Source: Octopus vulgaris (Eukaryota). From it: 64,000 nt of DNA. The notes under the pieces were generated by a model. It was not told where the DNA came from. It worked only from the letters and a program-made list of their open reading frames with translations, and ran no database searches. The stretch is from positions 4,774,001 through 4,838,000 of the forward strand of contig OX597835.1 in NCBI GenBank assembly GCA_951406725.2. Reading direction: 5' to 3'. The stretch's first letter is position 1, and each line of letters opens with the position of its first letter. Positions 13,640-24,219 of this stretch are shown piece by piece. The position numbers were made by a program, and so were the translations under genes.

Positions 13640-14027
13640 GGCGCAGGAGTGGCTGTGTGGTAAGTAGCTTGCTAACCAACCACACAGTTGCGGGTTCAGT
13701 CCCACTGCGTGGCATCTTGGGAAAGTGTCTTCTGCTATAGCCCCGGGCCGACCAATGCCTTGTGAGTGGATTTGGTAGACGGAAACTGAAAGAAGCCCGT
13801 CATATATATGTATATGTATGTGTATATATATATATGTATGTGTGTGTATTTGTGTGTGTGTGTTTGTCCCCCTAGCATTGCTTGACAACCGATGCTGGTG
13901 TGTTTACGTCCCCGTCACTTAGCGGTTCGGCAAAAAGAGACCGATAGAATAAGTACTAAAAGGTGGTGCTCCAGCATGGCCGCAGTCAAATGGCTGAAAC
14001 AAGTAAAAGAGTAAAAGAGAAAAGAGT
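13640..14027 (+). mobile_element. SINE family A inserted within a hammerhead-like motif
   Basis: Family A sequence; left flank CTGAAGA AACTGCA, and GAAA CATATG TA GGTCT follows at 14073-14089. Confidence 0.9.
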
Positions 14028-14321
14028 ATTATGGTAATGTTGAAATTTCAACGGTTACGAACTGATGCAATCGAAACATATGTAGGTCTATTTAAAGCTG
14101 AATTTATATATTTTTATATCCTTGTATTGGATGTATGATATAACGAAACAGGGAGGGAGAAAGTATATACACGACACGCTACTATTACACGAAACTCAAC
14201 ACTCTATATCAAAGGCTCACATTGAACTGCTAGACAACACGAACTGCCAATCGCTCACAGTTCTTTAATTCATAACAATGAGTCACTTAGAGAGGGTTAA
14301 TAAGATTCCTGGCATATGCCC

Positions 14322-14392
14322 GGGCATATGGCGTAGTGGTTAAGAGCGCGGGCTACTAACCCCAAGATTCGGAGTTCGATTCCAGGCAGTGA

Positions 14393-14396
<4 letters not shown>
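14322..14396 (+). mobile_element. tRNA-derived head with Pol III A and B boxes (candidate SINE)
   Basis: A box TGGCGTAGTGG (14329-14339), B box GTTCGATTCC (14374-14383); acceptor stem does not pair properly. Confidence 0.8.
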
Positions 14397-14445
<49 letters not shown>

Positions 14446-14691
14446 TTCCTATCATAGTAGGTGCATTAGATATGATAAAAAAATATTCAGACAAATACAT
14501 AACAAAAACACCAGGACTTACAAACACAAATAACATACAGAAAATTGCACTACTAGGCACTGCACACATCCTACGCAGAACACTTTCCATACAATAACCA
14601 TCAAAGCATCACAACAAATCACAGCACATACCCAATGCACACAGAGCTGCGCGCGGTAGTGAAGTGAAAGCACGCTATAAAAATAAAACTA

Positions 14692-14695
<4 letters not shown>
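14446..14695 (+). mobile_element. R4/Dong-like non-LTR 3' end inserted in (TAA)n
   Basis: IPIIVGALDMIKKYSDKYITKTPGLTNTNNIQKIALLGTAHILRRTLSIQ* plus 3' UTR; second copy inverted at 19962-20185. Confidence 0.85.
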
Positions 14696-14729
<34 letters not shown>

Positions 14730-14781
14730 CAGCATCGAAAAATTCCTTAGGAAAGAGAACCCAGGTTCGATATTTTCCCAA

Positions 14782-14827
14782 GACACCTGATGAAGGCTGG
14801 AGGGTATATCAGCCGAAACGTTGTGTT
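14782..14827 (+). ncRNA. Minimal type-I hammerhead-ribozyme-like motif
   Basis: GACAC CTGATGA A GGCTG GAGGGTATAT CAGCC GAAA CG TT GTGTT: intact CUGAUGA/GAAA core, stems I and II pair, palindromic ACGT stem III. Confidence 0.75.
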
Positions 14828-15032
14828 GACAACAAACAAGATGAGGACAAATATCCCTGAAATGTAAATAATATAAATGTTATAGTTGTTTTGACCGGTT
14901 AGTGCATTTGTTCATTATACCTTTCAATTAATTTTTCCTTTTGCTTCGGTGTCACCTGAGCACTTCCAGCCGCAGTCCGATTTTTTATTTTGTTGCATTT
15001 CGGTTTAACGAAGTTATAAAATTATCCTCTTA

Positions 15033-15058
15033 TATATATATATATATATAATATATAT

Positions 15059-15142
<84 letters not shown>

Positions 15143-15359
15143 TGTATATATATACACATACATATATATATGTATATATATATACACATACATATATATA
15201 TGTATATATATATACACATACATATATATATGTATATATATACACATACATATATATATGTATATATATACACATACATATATATATGTATATATATACA
15301 CATACATATATATATGTATATATATACACATACATATATATATGTATATATACACATAC

Positions 15360-15392
<33 letters not shown>

Positions 15393-15407
15393 CACATACA
15401 TATATAT
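15033..15407. repeat. (TA)n grading into a 28-30 bp minisatellite
   Basis: Unit approximately TGTATATATAT(AT)ACACATACATATATATA repeated about 8-9 times. Confidence 0.95.
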
Positions 15408-15756
15408 AAGTTCATTCATGCTATATGTTCAAAGTGTTCGATGCAGTGGCCCACGGTGGCGATACGTATTCAATACAAAAAACAGATCAAAGTGGTGGAA
15501 AGCAGTCAATCAAAAGCTACGTAAGAGACGATATAGATATGCTCAACCACCTCCCTAAAACAGTCAATGAGAAAACCCTTAAAATACAAAATACAAAAAA
15601 CAGATCAAAGTGGTGGAAAGCAGTCAATACAGAAGATTGATGTTCCCGAAAGAGTGAGGAATTCATTTTTACCTTGAGCAATTGTGATGACCCACGGTGG
15701 ATGTTCGCTGGGTGATTCTAGTGAGTCTTGTGAATTGTTCGGGTTTTATAATGCCT

Positions 15757-16330
15757 GTTAGGTGGTCAGTCCAGTGTAGCGTGACGTCATCAACGTTTTG
15801 ACCAATCGTTTCGTTAGGTGGCTTTAGTCAAGCAGAACGGTACGTCATCAACATTCTGACCAATCGTGACCTATCGCTGTATTATAACTGCCTCTTGTCT
15901 GTTTCCTGTTTTCACCAGTCGTTTCGTTAGGTGGCTTAGTCAAGCAGGACGGTACGTCATCATGATTCTGACCAATCACGACTTATAGCTGTATTAGATC
16001 TGCCCATTTTCGTTAGGTGGCTTAGTCAAGCAGAACGGTCATCAGCATTCTGACCAATCGTGACCTATCGCTGTATTATAACTGCCTCTTGTCTGTTTCC
16101 TGTTTTCACCAGTCGTTTCGTTAGGTGGCTTAGTCAAGCAGAACGGGACGTCATCAAGATTCTGCCCAATCACGACTTATAGCTGCATTAGATCTGCCCC
16201 CTGTCTGTATTTTGTTAGGTGACTAGTCAAGCAGAAAGGTACGTCATCAATATTCTGACTAATCTCTGCCCCCTGTTTGTATCCTGTCCATTCTAACAGG
16301 ACTAGACGTCATTAGCGTGTTGACCAATCA
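15757..16330. repeat. Tandem 55-115 bp repeats in the PLE 3' region
   Basis: GTTAGGTG recurs at about 15757, 15813, 15926, 16012, 16120 and 16214, each followed by ACGTCATCA..TGACCAATC or a variant. Confidence 0.9.
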
Positions 16331-16507
16331 GAATCGGGTCTGACCCATAGCTGTATCGTATGTGGTCAGTCCATCAGGGTCAGATTTGCACGAAAGAATT
16401 TTTTTCCCTTTTTTACTAAGGCATATTTCCGTCAGTGCGAGTGACTGTTTAAGGTAGCGGCCGTGGTGGAATTTTGCTTCTCCTTTTCGGAGGACTTATC
16501 TTTTGTT

Positions 16508-18073
16508 TTAATATTCCTGGCCCAGGATGTTTAAACTTGGTCTAAATTTTTTTATGAAATACAGTTCTTTATTTTGGCGTTGTGTGAAGGTTGCGTTGTC
16601 ACTGAATTTATAGAGCGGGTTAGTTGTAAATTTCGGATTTACATTTCTAGCACATCTATCTATGTGTCCGCTGACCGGTATTTTGCGGTAATCAGGGTTT
16701 CTAATTTGTGATTTATGCACCGCCATCCTGTTACGTAAGCTATTTTTTGTATGGCCTATATACTGCCTATTGCAGCCTGCGCATGTTATGACGTAAATTA
16801 AGTTTTCTGATGCGCAGGTGAAGTTTGTTCTAATGGTGAACTGGTGGCCTTGTTCCAGCATAAATTCTGATCCCTCTTTCAAGATGACACAGATTCCGCA
16901 GTTGGGCCTTCCACATTTTCTAACTGCTGGTTTTGTGGTTGATGTTGAGTGCAGTGTAGCTTGGGTTAAAATCCTTTTCAAGGATTTTGGTTGCCGTTTA
17001 CTTTTAATGATGGTGTGTGTTTCGAGGATCCGGTTCATCTTTGGGTCTCCCTTTAGTAGGGCTGTGCTTTGTAGTATGGTGTTGAAGGCCTCATTGTTGA
17101 GTGGGTTGTGCGTAGAGATGTAGGGAAGGGTTTTTAATTGTTCTTTCTTTTTTGGTTTTGTTTGTCTCAGGTCTTCTATACTTAATTTAAGTACCCGTTG
17201 GATTGCACTGTCTATTAGGGGCTGTGGATAGTTTCTATTTGTGAGTGTGGTTCTAAGTTCCTGGAGACGTGTGTGTCGGGTGTTTGTGTCTGATATTATG
17301 GTGCAAATCCTTCTAGCTAAACAAAAAGGGACATTTATTCTAGTGTGTCGTGGGTGGCATGAATGAAAGGGTAGGTATTGTTTGGAGTCTGTCGGTTTAT
17401 AGTAGATATCTGTCTCTATTTTGTTGCCGGTTTTCTTAATGAGGATGTCTAAAAATGGTAATTCTTTTTCGTTGTGGTCCATCGTGAATTGTATATTGTC
17501 ATTTATTCCATTTAATAGTATTTTAAATTCCTCAAGTTTCTCTATACCTTTGTCCCAGATGATGAAACAGTCATCGAGGTATCTTTTCCAGTTGTTATGG
17601 ATATAGGTGGCGAAGGTGTTTCCATATTTCTCGAGTGTTATCCGGTATAGTATTTTCTCGAGGTATCCCATCACTAGGTTGGCAAAAGATGGTGCAGTAC
17701 GCGTGCCCATCGCTGTTCCCGATCTTTGTCTGTAGAAATCATTGTCAAAAATAAAATAATTGTTCTCTAAAATGAATCTAAGTCCTTCTATTATAAGGTC
17801 TTTGTTTATGCGAGTTGGGAGTTCAAAGGGGTAGTGATTCAGCCAGAAGGTGATCGCTTCTATTCCTAGGTTGTGAGGGATGTTAGAATAAAGATTAACT
17901 ACGTCGAATGATACTAGAAGGGTTTTCTCATTGACTGTTTTAGGGAGGTGGTTGAGCATATCTATATCGTCTCTTACGTAGCTTTTGATTGACTGCTTTC
18001 CACCACTTTGATCTGTTTTTTGTATTGAATACGTATCGCCACCGTGGGCCACTGCATCGAACACTTTGAACAT
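16508..18073 (-). CDS. Penelope-like retrotransposon ORF: reverse transcriptase (N-terminally truncated) + GIY-YIG endonuclease, 521 aa
   Basis: LVSFDVVNLYSNIP, QRSGTAMGTRTAPSFANLVM, WKRYLDDCF, LPFLDILI, YYKPTDSKQYL..SCHP, Cys linker CGRPNCGIC (Neptune-like), NLIYVITCAGCNRQYIGHT...RMAVH; no internal stops. Confidence 0.95.
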   Translation of the reverse strand: MFKVFDAVAHGGDTYSIQKTDQSGGKQSIKSYVRDDIDMLNHLPKTVNEKTLLVSFDVVNLYSNIPHNLGIEAITFWLNHYPFELPTRINKDLIIEGLRFILENNYFIFDNDFYRQRSGTAMGTRTAPSFANLVMGYLEKILYRITLEKYGNTFATYIHNNWKRYLDDCFIIWDKGIEKLEEFKILLNGINDNIQFTMDHNEKELPFLDILIKKTGNKIETDIYYKPTDSKQYLPFHSCHPRHTRINVPFCLARRICTIISDTNTRHTRLQELRTTLTNRNYPQPLIDSAIQRVLKLSIEDLRQTKPKKKEQLKTLPYISTHNPLNNEAFNTILQSTALLKGDPKMNRILETHTIIKSKRQPKSLKRILTQATLHSTSTTKPAVRKCGRPNCGICVILKEGSEFMLEQGHQFTIRTNFTCASENLIYVITCAGCNRQYIGHTKNSLRNRMAVHKSQIRNPDYRKIPVSGHIDRCARNVNPKFTTNPLYKFSDNATFTQRQNKELYFIKKFRPSLNILGQEY

Positions 18074-18326
18074 ATAGCATGAATGAACTTACTTCAAACT
18101 ATATTTGAAATTTAAGATGTCTGACTCCGTTGTGTATTGTAAATGAATTTCTTGTGTTTGACGGCATGAGCTGTCTTTTTTTATATATAACTTTTTTTGA
18201 TAAGGTTCATTTCAGGAACTGAAACATGTTATAATGTATATATAAAAATTAAAAATTGTATAATATAGCAGCATTTTCGAACTTCATTTTTTACAAATAT
18301 ATACCTACTCTTATACGAGCTAATCC

Positions 18327-18370
<44 letters not shown>

Positions 18371-19064
18371 GCACATATGTATGATTATGCCTGTTTGTTC
18401 TTGCACGCGTGTCCAAGCACGCAGACACTGATAAGTGTTAGATTGAATGCAATCTTGTCACCTGTTGTTAAGTATATTCAAATATACATTTTTTATCTCT
18501 AGTTTAGGTCCGTCCATAGAAAGTATGTGCCATACATTTCTCTGGTCTACATGGAAATTATCTTCCCTCTTAATGCTTTTCATACACACACAGACACATA
18601 CGCACGCGCGCGCAAATACACCCACACACACACACTTGCACACACTCATGCACACACACACAAACACACACATATGCAAATACACGCATATTTGGACTGA
18701 CATTCACGCACGTACGCATGCGCTCGCACACACATGCACACACATACACGTGCGCTCGCACACACATGCACACACATACGCGTGCGCTCGCACACACATG
18801 CACACACATACGCGTGCGCGTGCACACACGCACACACAATCTCTCTCACACACACATGCACACATAGGGAAGGAAGCCGGATAGATGTTGTATGTAGAGC
18901 AGTCAACAGCCTACGAAACGGTCAGGCAGAAGACTCTCATTTTGTCTCACATCAGTAAAATTGAAAGAAAGTGTTGACATTTTTATTCCACTCACGCCTT
19001 TCTCAGATTTCAATTTATTTCAGTTCTTTTTTTTTTCATTTACGCAGCGTTGTGTATTGCACAC

Positions 19065-19065
<1 letters not shown>

Positions 19066-19111
<46 letters not shown>

Positions 19112-19151
19112 ACACACACACATACATACATACATACATACATACATACAT

Positions 19152-19206
<55 letters not shown>

Positions 19207-19312
19207 TACATACATACATACATACATACATACATACATACATACATACATACATACATACATACATACATACATACATACATACATACATACATACATA
19301 CATACATACATA
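19066..19312. repeat. (CA)n/(CATA)n compound microsatellite
   Basis: Direct reading. Confidence 0.98.
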
Positions 19313-19626
19313 GGAGCACTCCGTCGGTTACGACGACGAGGGTCCCAGCTCATACGACCAGCGGAACAGCCTGCTCGTGAAATGAACGTGCAAGTGACTG
19401 AGCAATCCACAGACACGTGTACCCCTAACATAGTTCTCGGGGATATTCAGTGTGACAAGGCCGGCCCTTTGAAATACAGCTACAACTCATTTTTGCCAGC
19501 TGAGTCGACTGGAGCAACGGGAAATAAAGTGTCTTGCTCAAGGACACAACGCGTCGCCGGGAATCGAACTCATGACCTTACAATCGTTAGCCGAATGCCC
19601 TAACCACTAAGCCACGCGCCTTCACG
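19313..19626 (-). mobile_element. tRNA-derived SINE, head C + tail B
   Basis: Head GTGAAGGCGCGTGGCTTAGTGG...TTGAGCAAGACAC, tail ending CGTCGTAACCGACGGAGTGCTCC; same build at 28382-28707. Confidence 0.88.
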
Positions 19627-19649
19627 ACATACATACATATGTTAATGAT

Positions 19650-19878
19650 TTGACTGTTTCCCCTGTATCTGACAAGGAATGTTAAAGGTATCTGGGAGTG
19701 GATGAAAATATATCTTACAATGGGCACCTGTAACAAAATACGTATCACTAAAGAACATTACAAGCGAATAAAGAAAATTTGGACCCCAGAACTCTCTGCA
19801 TTCAATAAAACAGTGGCTCACAATGTGTTTGCAATGGCAGTAATTCATACCAACATTTCGGCTGCTTGATTGGACGCT

Positions 19879-19880
<2 letters not shown>
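19650..19880 (+). mobile_element. R4/Dong-like RT fragment
   Basis: YLGVDENISYNG-like translation, adjacent to (TTA)n. Confidence 0.5.
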
Positions 19881-19945
<65 letters not shown>

Positions 19946-19961
19946 TATTATTATTATTATT

Positions 19962-20183
19962 CAGTAGTTTTATTTTTATAGCGTGCTTTCACTTCACTAC
20001 CGAGCGCAGCTCTGTGTGCCTTGGGTATGTGCTGTGATTTGTTGTGATGCTCTGATGGTTATTGTATGGAAAGTGTTCTGCGTAGGATGTGTGCAGTGCC
20101 TAGTAGTGCAATTTTCTGTATGTTATATGTGTTTGTAAGTCCTGGTGTTTTTGTTATGTATTTGTCTGAATATTTTTTTATCA

Positions 20184-20185
<2 letters not shown>
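19962..20185 (-). mobile_element. R4/Dong-like 3' end in (TTA)n
   Basis: Reverse complement of 14475-14695. Confidence 0.85.
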
Positions 20186-20224
<39 letters not shown>

Positions 20225-20778
20225 GAGTGAGAGAGCAGTGCATGCCATCAAAGTGACACTGGGGTATAAATATACGAAGCCCAGTATACCCATCACCACT
20301 ACCCGTCTCATAAGGGTACATCAAGTACATGCATCACAGCCATATGTGCGCGACTAGGTGATCTCATATAAAGATAAACAGCACATGACCTTGCAGGTGG
20401 GGCCCAGTTAGAATTTTCTTCTGGTCGAGTAGCCCATCCCGCTCAAAAGGTCCCTGAATAAAGGTTGTTTAAGGATGTTGAACAAACCACCAATGTTTCC
20501 AGAAGTGAATCATTCAAAACCCAAAGAATCCCTCTCAACGCATGGCTATGATGCTCCCCCACTACTTCTGCTCGTGATCAGAGATGCACATATCGTCAGC
20601 CACTAAGGGACATGCTCAACTGGTTAAGGTCAAACAACTGACAAGCAAATCTGTGGTATTGAGCAGAATATTTACTGAAGCCCATCTTTTATACCAAGAC
20701 AAAAAATGTACATGATAGCACTTCCAATCAGTTAAGATCAGAAGCCATGAGAGCCACTGCCTGGTACTGCATCATGGC

Positions 20779-20780
<2 letters not shown>
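20225..20780. mobile_element. (TAA)n-associated repeat, copy 3 (inverted relative to copy 1)
   Basis: Full reverse complement of 3191-3746 with (TTA)n on both sides. Confidence 0.88.
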
Positions 20781-20838
<58 letters not shown>

Positions 20839-20871
20839 TATCATCATCATCATCATCATCATCATTATTAT

Positions 20872-21108
20872 AAGGCGGCGAGCTGGCAGAAACATTAGCA
20901 CGCCGGGCGAAACGTTTAGCGGTATTTCGTCTGCTGTTACGTTCTGAGTTCAAATCCCGCCGAGGTCGACTTTGCCTTTCATCCTTTCAGGGGTCGATTA
21001 AATAAGTACCAGTTACGCAGTGGAGTCGATATAATCGTCTTAATCCCTTTGTCTTTTCTTATTTGTCCCCTCTGTGTGTAGCCCCTTGTAGGCAGTAAAG
21101 AAAAAAGT
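20872..21108 (+). mobile_element. SINE family D
   Basis: AGGCGGCGAGCTGGCAGAA...GAGTTCAAAT (B box)...GCCTTTCATCCTTTC.GGGGTCGAT.AAATAAGTACCAG; many copies in the window. Confidence 0.85.
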
Positions 21109-21619
21109 AAAAAAGATGTACATTAATGTAATCCGAGCAGTGGGTGGCAGGTGGGGTGCAATAAGGATATAATTAGAAAAAAACAAAACACATACACGCA
21201 AGGAGGGTTAGTTGTTTAGAGACGCCATCCACACAAACATCGTTAAGTAGGAATGTATATCCTGAATGCATGATATAAGTGATTGCTGGTGAAGTTTATG
21301 ACTAGTTTCTTACATAGGCACAAAGCCAGAACTTAGATAGGGAGATGGTATAGTCGATTAAACTGACTTCAGTTTTTAATAGATTTTGGAAGGATTAAGT
21401 GAAAGCTGAGTTGAGCAAAATTTGAGCTCAGTACGTAAAATGCGGCAAGTAGTGCCCTAAAACACTCCAACACAGTCGGGGTGCATATCGCCCCTAAGGA
21501 TCCATATAAGATATTTGGGGGTCAACGTAACAAAATCGTAAATTGGGCACTCATAATAGTATTTTAAGGGCCCCTGGAAATTTTTGCTTTAGATGTAAGT
21601 AGTGACACGTATTGTAAGA

Positions 21620-22130
21620 AACAGCATGATGTCCTTCTCTAGGGATTTTCTCCGCATAATATGACCGAAATATGCCAATCTATGCTTGGTGATCCTAGCT
21701 TCTAGCGACATTTTCGGCCTGATCTGCTTAAGAACTTCTCCATTGGTGAGCCTCGCTGTCCATGGAATCCGTAAAAGTCTTCTCCCACACCAAAGCTCGA
21801 ATGCATTAATTCTCTTCTGGTCAGCTTTCTTTGTGTCCTGGTCTCGCATCCATATGTTGCTATTGGGAAGACAATTGCATTCACCAATCTGCATTTGGTA
21901 GCGAGTCTGATGTCTCTACTCTTCCAGACCCTGCTCATGCTGACCATTGCCTCTCTGCCTAGTACTATCCGCCATCTTATTTCTGGAGTGCAGTCACCAT
22001 CTCGATTTATTTTGGAGCCAAGGAAGATGAAATCATCAACTACTTCGATCTCTTCATTATCGATCTTGATGCTGATGTTTGTTGTGGCTGCTGTTGACAT
22101 GATCTTCGTTTTCTTAACATTGAGGTACAG
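21620..22130 (-). mobile_element. RTE/BovB-like LINE fragment
   Basis: EIEVVDDFIFLGSKI, VFPIATYGCET, RINAFELWCGRRLLRIPWTAR, LAYFGHIMRR, split by a frameshift. Confidence 0.9.
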
Positions 22131-22455
22131 CCCAAATGTAGGCCCACCAAACTAAAATTGCAAACAAAGGGGTCCATAGATAAAAATGATTGAGAGCCCC
22201 TTCTTTAATAATTCTGTCAAGCGGCTAGCCTGAAATAATTGAAAAACTATCAATGATTAAGATTTTGTCCTTCTCTTCAAACTTTTACTTCTAATTAGAA
22301 TTTTGATACCCGCGGTGTTATGGTCATTTACATTACTAAATGGTTGTTTATGTAAGCAATTACGTTTCGAATCTGGCCTTATATTCTGATATGGGATTGG
22401 GAGATAAAATCGTGACTGCATAAGATAATAGGCTGAATTACTTCATTTAGTGTGT

Positions 22456-22522
<67 letters not shown>

Positions 22523-23049
22523 TGTGTGTGTGTGAGTGAGTGAGAAAGAGAGAGAGAGTGAGAGAGAGAGTGATAGAGAGAGACGGTGTATCTGTTTTAT
22601 ATTTGGGCGTTTACGGCTATTTACCGTCTCAGTGAGTTTGTGCGCATGTGCGTGCGCGCTCGGGTGTACATGCCGAAACGTAGATATATCTGGATGTACG
22701 TGCGTGTATGCATCAGTGTTGGTATGTCGGGTATGTGCTGTGTGTGAGTGTGTATGTCCGTATGCGGTTGAGCTGACATGTGGATGGGTGCGTTTACATG
22801 CGTGATTGTACATCTGTGTGTGTACGTATATGTACGTGTACGTATTTGCGAATGTGGGCATATAGGTATGTGTCTATGTGGGTGAGTATGCGCATGTAGA
22901 TGCGTTTGAATGTACGCACATGTAGATGTGTGGCTGAGATTACACATGACACAAACGCTTGTGTGTGTGTGAATACGATGATGTAAAATACGCAGACATC
23001 GCAAAATAAATTAGATTTCAATACAATGTATTTATTAGACCAGCCCCGT

Positions 23050-23720
23050 TCTGCCTCGCAGCTAAATAGCGATGCCCTCTTCATCTACCACTACCCTTCT
23101 AGATGATGAGCGCACCCGTATCGGAGTGGCCCCAACACCCCAGTCGCTTCGTGTGTGGGCTGCAGAAATACCGCTGTGGAGCGGTAGTAGACGAATTCGG
23201 CTGGCACCCGTTATCCTGTTGCCTTAGCGCGGGGCTGATTCCCCCGACACGCCGCTCTGAACGACATAATCAGAAGGGGCCTTGACGCGGCTGGCTTCCC
23301 GCCTCAACTTGAGCGAGCAGGTCTTGACCTCGGGTACAGTAAGCACCCTGACGGAATAACCCTCTTTCTGTTCGATGGAAACAGATCTCTAGTCTGGGAT
23401 GCGACGTGCAGCGACACATTTTCCGGTTCCAGCCCTGCAGCATCGGCTGCATGCCCGAGTGTCCCCACCCCCCGCCGTAACGCAGAGGAGAGAAAAATCA
23501 AGAAATACAGGTGCCTGGTGAGGCCTGGCCGGCTGCTGTCAATTTGTACCGGTCGCTGTCAAGACGTCAGGTGTTCTCGGACCCCATACTACCAATTTCC
23601 TCCGCAAAATAGGGACAACAACGGCCCGTCGGAGAAACGAGCCCCGCGAGGAGTAATAGCTGTTACAGCGAGTGTCACTGGCCATTCTCTGCGTCATCGC
23701 GATCGTTATCGCAGAGAGTG
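23050..23720 (+). mobile_element. CRE-like non-LTR retrotransposon C-terminal fragment (CCHC + restriction-like endonuclease)
   Basis: Across frameshifts: RCGAVVDEFGWHPLSC, RHAALNDII, KHPDGIT, LVWDATCSDTF, AEERKIKKY, FVPVAVKTSGVLGP. Confidence 0.8.
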
Positions 23721-24219
23721 TCCGGTATGCGGTGTGCTGGGGGTAGGCGGAATTTCTCCCTTCCCCCTTCATCACCTGCTGCCTTACTCCCCCTTTTTTT
23801 CTTTTCTTTCTTTTCCTCTCTTATCTTTCTGGTTTTCCTATTTCATTGTATTTAAATGTTAGAAATGAACGTTTCTAAAGCTCTGTTGAGTGGACGATTT
23901 ATTACCTTCGCTTGTTTACGTTTTACTTCTTGCTCTGTCTCTTCTTTCTCTCTCTTTCTCTCTCTCCCCCTCTGTCTGTCTGTCTGTCTGCCTCTCTCTC
24001 TCTCTTTCTCTCTCTGTCTCTCTCTCTCTGTCTCTGTCTCTTTCTCTCTGTCTCTGTCTCTCTCTCTCTGTCTCTGTCTCTCTCTCTCTCTCTTGTAACA
24101 CTGAGAATAAGAATAACTGAATCGATAGCTCACAAGCACCACACTTGGTGTTCAATAATTCGTATTCTGTTAGTAGTGCTGCAATCAAAATTATTCTATT
24201 TTATTTTATTGGAATAGCT

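Larger units (their letters stand above)
15408..18328 (-). mobile_element. 5'-truncated Penelope-like element with inverted terminal sequence, inserted in (TA)n
   Basis: RT + GIY-YIG ORF, repeat-rich 3' region, 173 bp inverted repeat 15408-15580 / 17918-18090, (TA)n at both outer ends. Confidence 0.9.

Noticed and set aside
14322-14396. Functional tRNA gene
   Set aside because: A and B boxes are present, but the acceptor and anticodon stems pair poorly and no oligo-T terminator follows; treated as a SINE-like head.
15757-16330. Repeat-spacer look resembling a CRISPR array
   Set aside because: The intervening sequences are themselves repeated (A-B-A-B), there are no cas genes, and the context is a eukaryotic retroelement.
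15408-18090. DNA transposon defined by 173 bp TIRs
   Set aside because: The enclosed ORF is RT + GIY-YIG rather than a transposase, and the repeat includes RT coding sequence.
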